64,000 nt of DNA from Octopus sinensis (lineage: Eukaryota). Below, piece after piece: positions 23,620-37,100 of the stretch. The stretch covers positions 15,438,001-15,502,000 of the forward strand of contig NC_042997.1 of NCBI RefSeq assembly GCF_006345805.1, written 5' to 3'. The notes beneath the pieces are model-generated. The model was not told the DNA's origin and made no database searches. It saw only the letters and a list, made by a program, of their open reading frames with translations. Position numbers and translations under genes: made by a program. Position 1 is the stretch's first letter. Every line of letters begins with the position of its first letter.

Positions 23620-25720
23620 TAATTCCTATTGTCCCTTCAAGTGCATCCCCGCGTGTCTGAGGTGTGCAGCATGGTCTTTTGGCAATGTTGGGCTGTATTT
23701 GTATCAGTTTCGCTGTGTTCGTAGGATTTAGTTTCTGTTTATTTCTGCTGTTAACTTAGTGTCTTGTCCATTGTGCAGAGTATGTGTAATATGAGTTGTA
23801 ATATTTTGTTGAGAAGCATTGAACAGAAAACGAATTATATCAATTGTTGATGCCGCAGTGTGGGATATTGATTATATAAGGGTATGTTTTGTGCATTTTA
23901 TTGGGTCATGATTGTGCAGATTATATGGTGCATTATATTCTTTGGTGATAATCCTGCAGAGTGTGTTTAGTGTGAATCATATTTTATTGGCTGGTTATTG
24001 AATAGGGTGTCTGTCATGTGCGGTGAAGCTGTACATATTTCTTTACTGTCCACAAGGGGCTACATACAGAGGGGACAAACAAGGACAGACAAACGGATTA
24101 AGTCGATTATATCGACCCCTGTGCGTAACTGGTACTTATTTAATCGACCCCGAAAGGATGAAAGGCAAAGTCGACCTCGGCGGAATTTGAACTCAGAACG
24201 TAGCGTCAGACGAAATACTTATTTCTTTACTACCCACAAGGGGATAAACACAGAGAGGACAAACAAGGACAGACAAACGGATTAAGTCGATTATATCGAC
24301 CCCAGTACATAACTTTAATCGACCCCGAAAGGATGACAGGCAAAGTCGACCTCGGCGGAATTTGAACTCAGAACGTAGCGACAGACGAAATACTGCTAAG
24401 CATTTCGCCCGGCGTGCAAACGTTTCTGCCAGCTAGCCGCGGTGAAGCTGTACTGTTTGAGTTGTGCTATTCAGCAGAATGCACGCAACAATGTGAGATA
24501 TGGTATGGTTTGTGTGTTTTTGTTTAAAACTTATCTGTCATATTATTTTATTTGTATAAGACTGTGTCCTAATTGTGAGTGAGGTTGGTATACTTAGTGT
24601 TTATTAGATTTGAGTTTAATAAGATATGTGCACTCTTAGTAGTTTCTTTTCCACTTATCTATTTTTCAGTTTATTAAATTGATGCTGTAGTTTATATCTC
24701 TGGGAGCTGGTGTATTTAAACCTATTATCTTATTACCAATATTGAATGGTTTTTGATATTCATTTGATTCTTGAAGTCATGTTATCAGTTTCATATACTT
24801 TTAAGTATTTGAAAAGGTGGTTATTTTTTAATTCTCGGATCTCGGTGTCTGTATCAAATTTATTGTCTGTAGATTTAGTTAATTTGTCTTTTCTTTGAAT
24901 AGTTTTGTTATATTTAGCTAATCCCATATACATTTGTATTTGTCTAATCTCATACACATTTGTATGTCTTGGCCAACTTTATCAACAGTTTTGAGCAGAT
25001 TTTAGTATTATTCCATGCAACTATTTTAAAGTCAGCCATGTAGACGAAATAGTTTATAGTTTTTGCGTCACGTGTTTGTAATCATTGGCAGATTCATTTA
25101 GTAAATTGACTAATTGGATTAGACTAGGAAAAATAGAAGTGAGGATAGTGGATCTTTCTCGTAGTTTCCTCTTAAGACTATATAACCTGTTTCATTATCT
25201 CCCGTTTTTGTTTTCTTGTAGTTATGATGCAGTTATTTCCTTTTTGACATGGCATATGAGGTGTTTGTCAAAGGCTGCTAATTTACTATCAAATATTTTT
25301 CAGTACTTCTCTTCAATGTCTTCTGTAAAAGCCCGATTTGCCAAAAGAAACTCTTCACAGATATGAATATCTTTCCAGTATTCTTCCTGCTTTTCTGGTA
25401 ATGTTATTTGCTCTTCAGGTAGGAGAGTAATCAACCTGTTGTAAAATATAGATGTAAGGGGTTTGTATGCTGTTGGGACCCTCTTTATAAGTATATAGTT
25501 TGTAGGTACCTCATAATTTTGTTTTCAGGAATTCATTTTACTCCCCCACCATCCAAGCCATTCCAGTGTTGATTCTACTTATCACATTAATGTATGATGC
25601 CACCACATATCTTTGAGAACTTTTGAGATATTTTGTTGAAATTAGAGACCTTTCTGGTCATACTCGTGGCGCTATTACATACGTATTTCCCATATTTTTT
25701 CCTTTGGTTATATGTTGTTC
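23620..25720 (-). pseudogene. Heavily decayed R4/Dong-like non-LTR element (RT to C-terminal region)
   Basis: Motif remnants across frames: LPEKQEEYWKD..EFLLANRAFTED, GNYEKDPLSSLLFF, INYFVYMADFK (YMDD equivalent), IRELKNNHLFKYL. Confidence 0.6.
24035..24440 (-). mobile_element. Meta-domain-like SINE dimer inside the R4-like relic
   Basis: TSD GCGGTGAAGCTGTAC (24020-24034, 24439-24453; overlaps the head by about 2 nt). Confidence 0.85.
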
Positions 25721-25774
25721 TCCGCTTGATTAACCAGTCAGATATGGAGTATAAATATAAAGGATACGTATACT

Positions 25775-26001
25775 CTTTACTTTTTTACTCTTTTACTTGT
25801 TTCAGTCATTTGACTGCGGCCATGCTGGAGCACCGCCTTTAATCGAGCAACTCGACCCCGGGACTTATTCTTTGTAAGCCCAGTACTTATTCTATCGGTC
25901 TCTTTTGCCGAACCGCTAAGTGACGGGGACAAACACACACCAGCATCGGTTGTCAAGCGATGTTGGGGGTACAAATACAGACATACAAACATATACACAC
26001 A

Positions 26002-26060
<59 letters not shown>

Positions 26061-26225
26061 CATATATACGACGGGCTTCTTTCAGTTTCCGTCTACCAAA
26101 TCCACTCACAAGGCTTTGGTCGACCCGAGGTTATAGTAGAAGACTATAGGTGCCACGCAGTGGGACTGAACCCAGAACCATGTGGTTGGTATACAAGCTA
26201 CTTACCACACAGCCACACCTGCGCC
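25775..26225 (-). mobile_element. CORE-like SINE, full length
   Basis: Same family as 10685 and 53950. Confidence 0.88.
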
Positions 26226-26290
26226 TATTGTTGTTAAAAAAATTATTGTGCTAAAATTTGGCTAAAATTTGGCGGTGGTGGTGGTGGTAG

Positions 26291-26701
26291 GCGGCAAACT
26301 GGCAGAAACGTTAGCCGGGCGAAATGCTTACCGGTATTTCGTCTTCTGTTACGTTGTGAGTTCGAATTCCGCCGAGGTCGACTCTGCCTTTCATTCTTTC
26401 GGGGTCGATAAATTAAGTACCAGTTACGCACTGGGGTCGATGTAATCGACTTAACACCTATGTCTGTCCTTGTTTGTCCCCTCTGTGTTTAGCCCCTTGT
26501 GGGTAATAAAGAAATAGGTATTTCGTCTTCTGTTACGTTCTGAGTTCAAATTCAGCCGAGGTCGACTTTGCCTTTCATCCTTTCGGGGTCGATTAAATTA
26601 AGTACCAGTTACGCACTGGGGTCGATGTAATAGACTTAATCCGTTTGCCTGTCCTTGTTTGTCCCCTCTATGTTTAGCCCCTTGTGGGTAATAAAGAAAC
26701 A
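26291..26701 (+). mobile_element. Meta-domain-like SINE dimer
   Basis: TSD GGTGGTGGTGGTAG (26277-26290, 26702-26715). Junction GAAATA|GGTATTTC at about 26516. Confidence 0.85.
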
Positions 26702-27273
26702 GGTGGTGGTGGTAGTGGTCGCGGGGATCTAGAATCTTTCTTTTTATAATTAAATAATTGATGTTTTCTCCTTTAGCAACCATTCAAAGGTTGTTTCTCG
26801 TCACCGGTACCAGTACAGTGGATACTGTTTAGATCAGTATTTCTCAACCATTTTCCTACCTATTTGATTTTTATTTTAGTCGGATAGATTCTCATAACCA
26901 TTCGATGCTTGAAAATATCCTATTATACTCTTATAAATTAAATATTACCAGAAATTGTATTTAAAAAATTATTTAAGCTATTTTGTGTATTATAGAAGTA
27001 AAACCAATTTATTGTACTTAAATTTAAACAACAAAGATGCTTCAGTCAAAAATTGGGAACATTGTTAACCCTTTGGGCTATCCATTTCTTTGCACTTCTT
27101 AGTCTGTTGGTGAGTTCCTCACTGATTATAATGTGCCGTGTTTGTAGCGCTGTTATGTACTTTTTTCTCTTCCCTTTTAATCAATTATGTTTTATAATGT
27201 GTGTTGAATATTTTTGTTCAACATTCTCTCTCATTATGTTTCAATTATGTTGTTATTGGTATTCCTTCAGTGT

Positions 27274-27305
<32 letters not shown>

Positions 27306-27879
27306 TTTAGTTAATGTTAATGTCCCTGTAAAATTTTTCAGTATTTGATTTCAAATACTTTGTTCTCCTGGAAAGAAATGCTTTCGTTTCTCGAGGCGTT
27401 TTATTCTGCATGTTTTTTGCTGATAGGATTCGTTTAAGCTTTTTCTTTTGATTTCTGACTGCTTTCATTTATCGACGCGCTCTTTTTTATCTTTTCCATG
27501 TAGGATCCCCCATTCTCTCTCTTGCTAAACAAAGACAGGCCTTTTTTCCCCCAGTTTTTTTCTTTTGTCAATTTTCTTTACAGTTTAAGTGGTGGTGGTG
27601 GTGGTAGTGGTTGTACTGAAGAAGGTCTGATTCTATTAGGGAGAGCCAATTTATCTCGATACAATCACTGCAACTGAACAGAACAGATCATTCAGTCTGT
27701 TGATATTCAGGTAGTTTGTTGCCGTGGACAAACTTTTTGTGGGATCTTATTTCGTTTATTTATACTTTTCGTAGCGCTTGTTGTTCATGTATAGCTTGAG
27801 CAGGTGTTTACATTGATCCGTGTTAATCGATTTCTCAAAACTCAGAATTTTCATAATGCTCCTCATCACAAGTTCCACG

Positions 27880-28019
27880 TTATCTTCTTCTTCTTCTTCT
27901 TCTTCTTCTTCTTCTTCTTCTTCTTCTTCTTCTTCTTCTTCTCCCTCTTCTTCTTCTTCTTCTTCTTCTTCTTCTTCTTCTTCCTTTTCTTCTTCTCCCT
28001 CTTCTTCTCCCTCTTCTTC

Positions 28020-28058
<39 letters not shown>

Positions 28059-28105
28059 TCCTTCTTCTTCTTCTTCTTCTTCTTCCTCTTCATCATCATC
28101 ATCAT

Positions 28106-28196
<91 letters not shown>

Positions 28197-28203
28197 CCAC
28201 CAC

Positions 28204-28288
<85 letters not shown>

Positions 28289-28300
28289 TTCTTCTTCCAT
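27880..28300. repeat. (CTT)n/(CAT)n/(CAC)n trinucleotide tract
   Basis: Direct reading. Confidence 0.95.
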
Positions 28301-29294
28301 TTTCTTTTTATCTTTCATTCTTCTTATTGTTTCGGTTTGGATCTCCTTAATGTTAAATCTGGTTAATCTATTATAATATATGCTTTTATTCCTGTTTGCT
28401 ATTAAGAGCGTGGTCGACATTATACTTTTGTTGTGATTATATATATTCTGTTAAATATCCCATGTGTCTTTTTTTTTATAATTGTTGTAATGCCTTGTTC
28501 GTTCCTTGTATGGTGGGTTCCTTACCATTTTCACAACATTGAGTTCTCCATTTATTGTACAAGGAATCATTTGTGTTTTGCTGTTTTTCTTTTATAGAGT
28601 CTTATATATTTTTATTGTAATGATTCCTCTGCTTTGTGGTTTGCGGTTCCTTTGTCTTGCATTCATTGTGTATTAATTCTATGAAACGGATTTCAATTAT
28701 GATGATTTTTGTTAATGTTTGTAATAAAACGCATATTCACAAGAGTGTTTGCATTTAGAGTTTCCATTTTTTCGGGGTTTATTGGGGTTTTTTTTTTACA
28801 TGTTCTGGCATTGCATATTTCTTTGTTATAGTGGTCGTGTGTGTTGGATATGGAGTTGATATGTAATAATGAATATAACACTAGTGTTGATGGGACCAAT
28901 GTTTTCTTTTTTTTTTCATGTTGTTCTTATTTTGGGCGTTAGCAATAGGAGGTCGACCTTTCTTCACGGAGATAATTCTTTTGTGAAAACACCGACACTA
29001 AACCTCGTGAAATATCACTTTATATCGTGATCGTAAGAAACTCACGCTATGAAATTCATTATTATTTATGACTCGGACGGTTGTGTTGCTGTCGATTTAT
29101 TTATCTATCAATAGGTATGACATTTAAAGTACATTTTTAAAAAAATTAGTTTTCGTATGATTTACACTGAAAAGTTTGTTTTGTGTCTTATTTGTATTCA
29201 AAAGTTCGCTTGCTTTTTCTGTTTTGTCTTAAGCGTTCATCCGCATTTTATTTTCGTGCGCACGTTATTCAAACAAAATATTTTTGTATAATCC

Positions 29295-29690
29295 CTTCTA
29301 CTCTAGGCACAAGGCCTGAAATTTGCGGGGACTGGGTAAGTCGAGCACATCGACCCCGGTGTTCAACTGGTACTTATTTCATCGACCCCGAAAAAATGAA
29401 AGGCCAAGTCGATCTCGGCGGAATATGAACTCAGAAAGGAGCCACTAGCGAAATACCTATTTCTTTACTACCCACAAGGGGCTAAACACAAAGAGGACAA
29501 ACAAGGACAGACAAACGGATTAAGTCTATTATATCGACCCCAGTGCGTAACTGGTACTTATTTAATCGACCCCGAAAAGATGAAAGGCAAAGTCGACCTC
29601 AGCGGAATTTGAACTCAGAACGTAGCGACAGACGAAATATTGCTAAGCATTTCACCCGGCGTGCTAACGTTTCTGCCAGCTCGCCGCCTT
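29295..29690 (-). mobile_element. Meta-domain-like SINE heterodimer
   Basis: A full unit followed by a diverged unit with the alternative tail. Imperfect TSD TATTTT(T)GTATA. Confidence 0.8.
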
Positions 29691-30019
29691 TATTTTGTAT
29701 ATAATAACCACATATCACTCATGCCATATAATACATATTATAATATATATCTTTTATAATTACATATCTTATTATAATTACATATCATATAATACATATC
29801 TTTTATAATCGTTTTTTTTTTTGTGTTTGTATTCAAAAGATCATAGCGCTGTATTTTGTTTGTCCTAGGCGCTTACTTTCTTTTACATACTGACATTGGG
29901 TTGACATTCGATATCGAGAATTTTGCTTTGATTGAGAGGAAGCGTCGAAAAATGATAATAAGGGCTAGAATAATGAAATGAAATTTTCTATTCACACCTG
30001 ACAGTGTGAATAGAAAAAT

Positions 30020-30390
30020 ACTGAGATGTATAAGTATCTTGGAATACTAAAAATTGGTAAAATTAAAAGTGTAGAAATGAAGGTAAACTTTAGAAGAGGA
30101 TGTTTTCGCAAACTTAAAATTATAAAAGTCAAATTGAATACAGAAGATACCATTAATGCAATCAACTTGAGGGTAATATCCTTAATAAGGTATGAAGCAG
30201 AAATCCCTGAATGGAAGATGGATGAATTGAAGGATATCGATAGAAAAAAAGAAGTGGTTAATTTTGCGTGAATCGTTTATATTGGAAAAGAACGGATTGC
30301 AAAAAGGTATTTAATCAATGCTGAAGAGGTGGTTGAACTAAAGAAAGCAACTCCAGGCTTTTGTTTGAAGAAGAAAATTCTTAAGTAGGT
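30020..30390 (+). pseudogene. R4/Dong-like RT fragment
   Basis: YKYLGILKIGKIKSVEMK...KLNTEDTINAINLRVISLIRYEAEIPEWKMDELKDIDRK. Confidence 0.7.
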
Positions 30391-31118
30391 AGTACGATAA
30401 AGGTTGTCATTGTTATTATTTCCGTGAATGGTGGTATGCGTTGATGCTTGACATCTATCGGTTTCCTAGAATGTGAGGAAATGTGGCCATCATTTGTGAG
30501 AACCACTTTCTCACAACTAGTTCCCTTGACGTAGCTTTAGTCTAGAATTAAGAGTAGATCAACTTTGGGTGTCTGGTGTCTGGAGTGTTGTCAGACGCTC
30601 ACAGTCATTGACCAGTTGCAAAATGCACTAGGTGGGACGTTACTGCTCGTATTCTATAGTAGAGAATGAATGGTAAAAAAAATGCTAAACATCAATGTAA
30701 TCTGAGTAATCTATTCCGGAGGATTTTCAAATAAAAAATTACGAACAACTTCACCAAACTCCGTTGTTTGGCACTGTTCTTGAGAGTGCAGAATCGCAGA
30801 CAGCTGGAAAATGCTTAAAATGCGTGCACAGGGACGAAATTGTCCTTCAAATATTTGTCCGAGCATTGCTGACATGTGAGATTATGTCGAGACACTGTTG
30901 CGATTAATATGGACCCAAGCTGTAAATTTAGTTCTTTCGGAAGATCGCTTCATCATCTGCCTTTGGTTGAGAAAGGCAGTCAATTTTCCCCTCTCCGGTT
31001 GCTATGGTTAAAGACGCAATTCAGTGAAGATGATTGAAATGTTTAAGAAAAGACACTTGCCTATCTGGCCAGGCCTTCATTAGTTTCTTCAGATGCAATT
31101 TGGAATGAGAGGAAGATA

Positions 31119-34100
31119 AATAGGGAAATAGGGAAAGCTTGATGCTTGACTGAAAGTGGGCGAGAGTAGCGAAAATGCGTCAGATGAATAGGAAAATAGG
31201 GAAAGCTTGATGCTTGACTGAAAGTGGGCGAAAGTAGCAAAAATGCGTCAGATGAATAGGGAAATAGGGAAAGCTTGATGCTTGACTGAAAGTGGGCGAG
31301 AGTAGCGAAAATGCGTCAGATGAATAGGGAAATAGGGAAAGCTTGATGCTTGACTGAAAGTGGGCGAGAGTAGCGAAAATGCGTCAGATGAATAGGAAAA
31401 TAGGGAAAGCTCGATGCTTGACTGAAAGTGGGCGAGAGTAGCGAAAATGCGTCAGATGAATAGGAAAATAGGGAAAGCTTGATGCTTGACTGAAAGTGGG
31501 CGAGAGTAGCGAAAATGCGTCAGATGAATAGGAAAATAGGGAAAGCTTGATGCTTGACTGAAAGTGGCGAGAGTAGCGAAAATGCGTCAGATGAATAGGG
31601 AAATAGGGAAAGCTTGATGCTTGACTGAAAGTGGGCGAGAGTAGCGAAAATGCGTCAGATGAATAGGAAAATAGGGAAAGCTTGATGCTTGACTGAAAGT
31701 GGGCGAGAGTAGCGAAAATGCGTCAGATGAATAGGAAAATAGGGAAAGCTTGATGCTTGACTGAAAGTGGGCGAGAGTAGCGAAAATGCGTCAGATGAAT
31801 AGGAAAATAGGGAAAGCTTGATGCTTGACTGAAAGTGGGCGAGAGTAGCGAAAATGCGTCAGATGAATAGGAAAATAGGGAAAGCTTGATGCTTGACTGA
31901 AAGTGGGCGAGAGTAGCGAAAATGCGTCAGATGAATAGGAAAATAGGGAAAGCTTGATGCTTGACTGAAAGTGGGCGAGAGTAGCGAAAATGCGTCAGAT
32001 GAATAGGAAAATAGGGAAAGCTTGATGCTTGACTGAAAGTGGCGAGAGTAGCGAAAATGCGTCAGATGAATAGGAAAATAGGGAAAGCTTGATGCTTGAC
32101 TGAAAGTGGCGAGAGTAGCGAAAATGCGTCAGATGAATAGGAAAATAGGGAAAGCTTGATGCTTGACTGAAAGTGGGCGAGAGTAGCGAAAATGCCTCAG
32201 ATGAATAGGAAAATAGGGAAAGCTTGATGCTTGACTGAAAGTGGGCGGAGAGTAGCGAAAATGCGTCAGATGAATAGGAAAATAGGGAAAGCTTGATGCT
32301 TGACTGAAAGTGGCGAGAGTAGCGAAAATGCGTCAGATGAATAGGAAAATAGGGAAAGCTTGATGCTTGACTGAAAGTGGCGAGAGTAGCGAAAATGCGT
32401 CAGATGAATAGGAAAATAGGGAAAGCTTGATGCTTGACTGAAAGTGGGCGAGAGTAGCGAAAATGCGTCAGATGAATAGGAAAATAGGGAAAGCTTGATG
32501 CTTGACTGAAAGTGGGCGAGAGTAGCGAAAATGCGTCAGATGAATAGGAAAATAGGGAAAGCTTGATGCTTGACTGAAAGTGGCGAGAGTAGCGAAAATG
32601 CGTCAGATGAATAGGAAAATAGGGAAAGCTTGATGCTTGACTGAAAGTGGCGAGAGTAGCGAAAATGCGTCAGATGAATAGGAAAATAGGGAAAGCTTGA
32701 TGCTTGACTGAAAGTGGGCGAGAGTAGCGAAAATGCGTCAGATGAATAGGAAAATTGGGAAAGCTTGATGCTTGACTGAAAGTGGGCGAGAGTAGCGAAA
32801 ATGCGTCAGATGAATAGGAAAATAGGGAAAGCTTGATGCTTGACTGAAAGTGGGCGAGAGTAGCGAAAATGCGTCAGATGAATAGGGAAATAGGGAAAGC
32901 TTGATGCTTGACTGAAAGTGGGCGAGAGTAGCGAAAATGCGTCAGATGAATAGGAAAATAGGGAAAGCTTGATGCTTGACTGAAAGTGGGCGAGAGTAGC
33001 GAAAATGCGTCAGACGAATAGGGAAATAGGGAAAGCTTGATACTTGACTGAAAGTGGGCGAGAGTAGCGAAAATGCGTCAGATGAATAGGAAAATAGGGA
33101 AAGCTTGATGCTTGACTGAAAGTGGGCGAGAGTAGCGAAAATGCGTCAGATGAATAGGAAAATTGGGAAAGCTTGATGCTTGACTGAAAGTGGGCGAGAG
33201 TAGCGAAAATGCGTCAGATGAATAGGAAAATAGGGAAAGCTTGATGCTTGACTGAAAGTGGGCGAGAGTAGCGAAAATGCGTCAGATGAATAGGAAAATA
33301 GGGAAAGCTTGATGCTTGACTGAAAGTGGGTGAGAGTAGCGAAAATGCGTCAGATGAATAGGAAAATAGGGAAAGCTTAATGCTTGACTGAAAGTGGGCG
33401 AGAGTAGCGAAAATGCGTCAGCTGAATAGGAATATAGGGAAAGCTTGATGCTTGACTGAAAGTGGGCGAGAGTAGCGAAAATGCGTCAGATGAATAGGGA
33501 AATAGGGAAAGCTTGATGCTTGACTGAAAGTGGGCGAGAGTAGTGAAAATGCGTCAGATGAATAGGAAAATAGGGAAAGCTTGATGCTTGACTGAAAGTG
33601 GGCGAGAGTAGCGAAAATGCGTCAGATGAATAGGAAAATAGGGAAAGCTTGGTGCTTGACTGAAAGTGGGCGAGAGTAGCGAAAATGCGTCAGATGAATA
33701 GGAAAATAGGGAAAGCTTGATGCTTGACTGAAAGTGGGCGAGATTAGCGAAAATGCGTCAGCTGAATAGGGAAATAGGGAAAGCTTGATGCTTGACTGAA
33801 AGTGGGCGAGAGTAGCGAAAATGCGTCAGCTGAATAGGGAAATAGGGAAAGCTTGATGCTTGACTGAAAGTGGGCGAGAGTAGCGAAAATGCGTCAGATG
33901 AATAGGAAAATAGGAAAGCTTGATGCTTGACTGAAAGTGGGCGAGAGTAGCGAAAATGCGTCAGATGAATAGGAAAATAGGGAAAGCTTGATGCTTGACT
34001 GAAAGTGGGCGAGAGTAGCGAAAATGCGTCAGATGAATAGGAAAATAGGGAAAGCTTGATGCTTGACTGAAAGTGGGCGAGAGTAGCGAAAATGCGTCAG

Positions 34101-37100
34101 ATGAATAGGGAAATAGGGAAAGTTTGATGCTTGACTGAAAGTGGGCGAGAGTAGCGAAAATGCGTCAGACGAATAGGGAAATAGGGAAAGCTTGATGCTT
34201 GACTGAAAGTGGCGAGAGTAGCGAAAATGCGTCAGACGAATAGGAAAATAGGGAAAGCTTGATGCTTGACTGAAAGTGGCGAGAGTAGCGAAAATGCGTC
34301 AGATGAATAGGAAAATAGGGAAAGCTTGATGCTTGACTGAAAGTGGGCGAGAGTAGCGAAAAGCGTCAGATGAATAGGAAAATAGGGAAAGCTTGATGCT
34401 TGACTGAAGTGGGCGAGAGTAGCGAAAATGCGTCAGATGAATAGGAAAATAGGGAAAGCTTGATGCTTGACTGAAAGTGGGCGAGAGTAGCGAAAATGCC
34501 TCAGATGAATAGGGAAATAGGGAAAGCTTGATGCTTGACTGAAAGTGGGCGAGAGTAGCGAAAATGCGTCAGATGAATAGGAAAATAGGGAAAGCTTGAT
34601 GCTTGACTGAAAGTGGGCGAGAGTAGCGAAAATGCGTCAGACGAATAGGGAAATAGGGAAAGCTTGATACTTGACTGAAAGTGGGCGAGAGTAGCGAAAA
34701 TGCGTCAGATGAATAGGAAAATAGGGAAAGCTTGATGCTTGACTGAAAGTGGGCGAGAGTAGCGAAAATGCGTCAGATGAATAGGAAAATAGGGAAAGCT
34801 TGATGCTTGACTGAAAGTGGGCGAGAGTAGCGAAAATGCGTCAGATGATGAATAGGAAAATAGGGAAAGCTTGATGCTTGACTGAAAGTGGGCGAGAGTA
34901 GCGAAAATGCGTCAGATGAATAGGAAAATAGGGAAAGCTTGATGCTTGACTGAAAGTGGGCGAGAGTAGCGAAAATGCGTCAGATGAATAGGAAAATAGG
35001 GAAAGCTTAATGCTTGACTGAAAGTGGGCGAGAGTAGCGAAAATGCGTCAGCTGAATAGGAATATAGGGAAAGCTTGATGCTTGACTGAAAGTGGGCGAG
35101 AGTAGCGAAAATGCGTCAGATGAATAGGGAAATAGGGAAAGCTTGATGCTTGACTGAAAGTGGGCGAGAGTAGTGAAAATGCGTCAGATGAATAGGAAAA
35201 TAGGGAAAGCTTGATGCTTGACTGAAAGTGGCGAGAGAGTAGCGAAAATGCGTCAGATGAATAGGAAAATAGGGAAAGCTTGATGCTTGACTGAAAGTGG
35301 CGAGAGAGTAGCGAAAATGCGTCAGATGAATAGGAAAATAGGGAAAGCTTGATGCTTGACTGAAAGTGGGCGAGATTAGCGAAAATGCGTCAGCTGAATA
35401 GGGAAATAGGGAAAGCTTGATGCTTGACTGAAAGTGGGCGAGAGTAGCGAAAATGCGTCAGCTGAATAGGGAAATAGGGAAAGCTTGATGCTTGACTGAA
35501 AGTGGGCGAGAGTAGCGAAAATGCGTCAGATGAATAGGAAAATAGGGAAAGCTTGATGCTTGACTGAAAGTGGGCGAGAGTAGCGAAAATGCGTCAGATG
35601 AATAGGAAAATAGGGAAAGCTTGATGCTTGACTGAAATTGGGCGAGAGTAGCGAAAATGCGTCAGATGAATAGGAAAATAGGGAAAGCTTGATGCTTGAC
35701 TGAAAGTGGGCGAGAGTAGCGAAAATGCGTCAGATGAATAGGGAAATAGGGAAAGCTTGATGCTTGACTGAAAGTGGGCGAGAGTAGCGAAAATGCGTCA
35801 GACGAATAGGGAAATAGGGAAAGCTTGATGCTTGACTGAAAGTGGCGAGAGTAGCGAAAATGCGTCAGACGAATAGGAAAATAGGGAAAGCTTGATGCTT
35901 GTCTGAAAGTGGCGAGAGTAGCGAAAATGCGTCAGATGAATAGGAAAATAGGGAAAGCTTGATGCTTGACTGAAAGTGGGCGAGAGTAGCGAAAATGCGT
36001 CAGATGTATAGGAAAATAGGGAAAGCTTGATGCTTGACTGAAAGTGGGCGAGAGTAGCGAAAATGCGTCAGATGAATAGGAAAATAGGGAAAGCTTGATG
36101 CTTGACTGAAAGTGGGCGAGAGTAGCGAAAATGCGTCAGATGAATAGGGAAATAGGGAAAGCTTGATGCTTGACTGAAAGTGGGCGAGAGTAGCGAAAAT
36201 GCGTCAGATGAATAGGAAAAATAGGGAAAGCTTGATGCTTGATGAAAGTGGGCGAGAGTAGCGAAAATGCGTCAGACGAATAGGGAAATAGGGAAAGCTT
36301 GATACTTGACTGAAGTGGGCGAGAGTAGCGAAAATGCGTCAGATGAATAGGAAAATAGGGAAAGCTTGATGCTTGACTGAAAGTGGGCGAGAGTAGCGAA
36401 AATGCGTCAGATGAATAGGAAAATAGGGAAGCTTGATGCTTGACTGAAAGTGGGCGAGAGTAGCGAAAATGCGTCAGATGAATAGGAAAATAGGGAAAGC
36501 TTGATGCTTGACTGAAAGTGGGCGAGAGTAGCGAAAATGCGTCAGATGAATAGGAAAATAGGAAAGCTTGATGCTGACTGAAAGTGGGCGAGAGAGTAGC
36601 GAAAATGCGTCAGCTGAATAGGAATATAGGGAAAGCTTGATGCTTGACTGAAAGTGGCGAGAGTAGCGAAAATGCGTCAGATGAATAGGGAAATAGGGAA
36701 AGCTTGATGCTTGACTGAAAGGGGGCGAGAGTAGCGAAAATGCGTCAGATGAATAGGAAAATAGGGAAAGCTTGATGCTTGACTGAAAGTGGGCGAGAGT
36801 AGCGAAAATGCGTCAGATGAATAGGAAAATAGGGAAAGCTTGATGCTTGACTGAAAGTGGGCGAGAGTAGCGAAAATGCCTCAGATGAATAGGGAAATAG
36901 GGAAAGCTTGATGCTTGACTGAAAGTGGGCGAGAGTAGCGAAAATGCGTCAGATGAATAGGAAAATAGGGAAAGCTTGAGGCTTGACTGAAAGTGGGCGA
37001 GAGTAGCGAAAATGCGTCAGACGAATAGGGAAATAGGGAAAGCTTGATACTTGACTGAAAGTGGGCGAGAGTAGCGAAAATGCGTCAGATGAATAGGAAA

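Noticed and set aside
27583-27625. Short exon after a strong polypyrimidine acceptor
   Set aside because: The donor is weak (GTCTGA) and the content is a (GGT)n repeat.
28400-28900. Possible APE endonuclease relic on the minus strand
   Set aside because: Only faint motif similarity (LNANTL, NGELN), with many stops.
30700-31110. Possible LINE endonuclease relic flanking the satellite
   Set aside because: Too degraded to support by eye.
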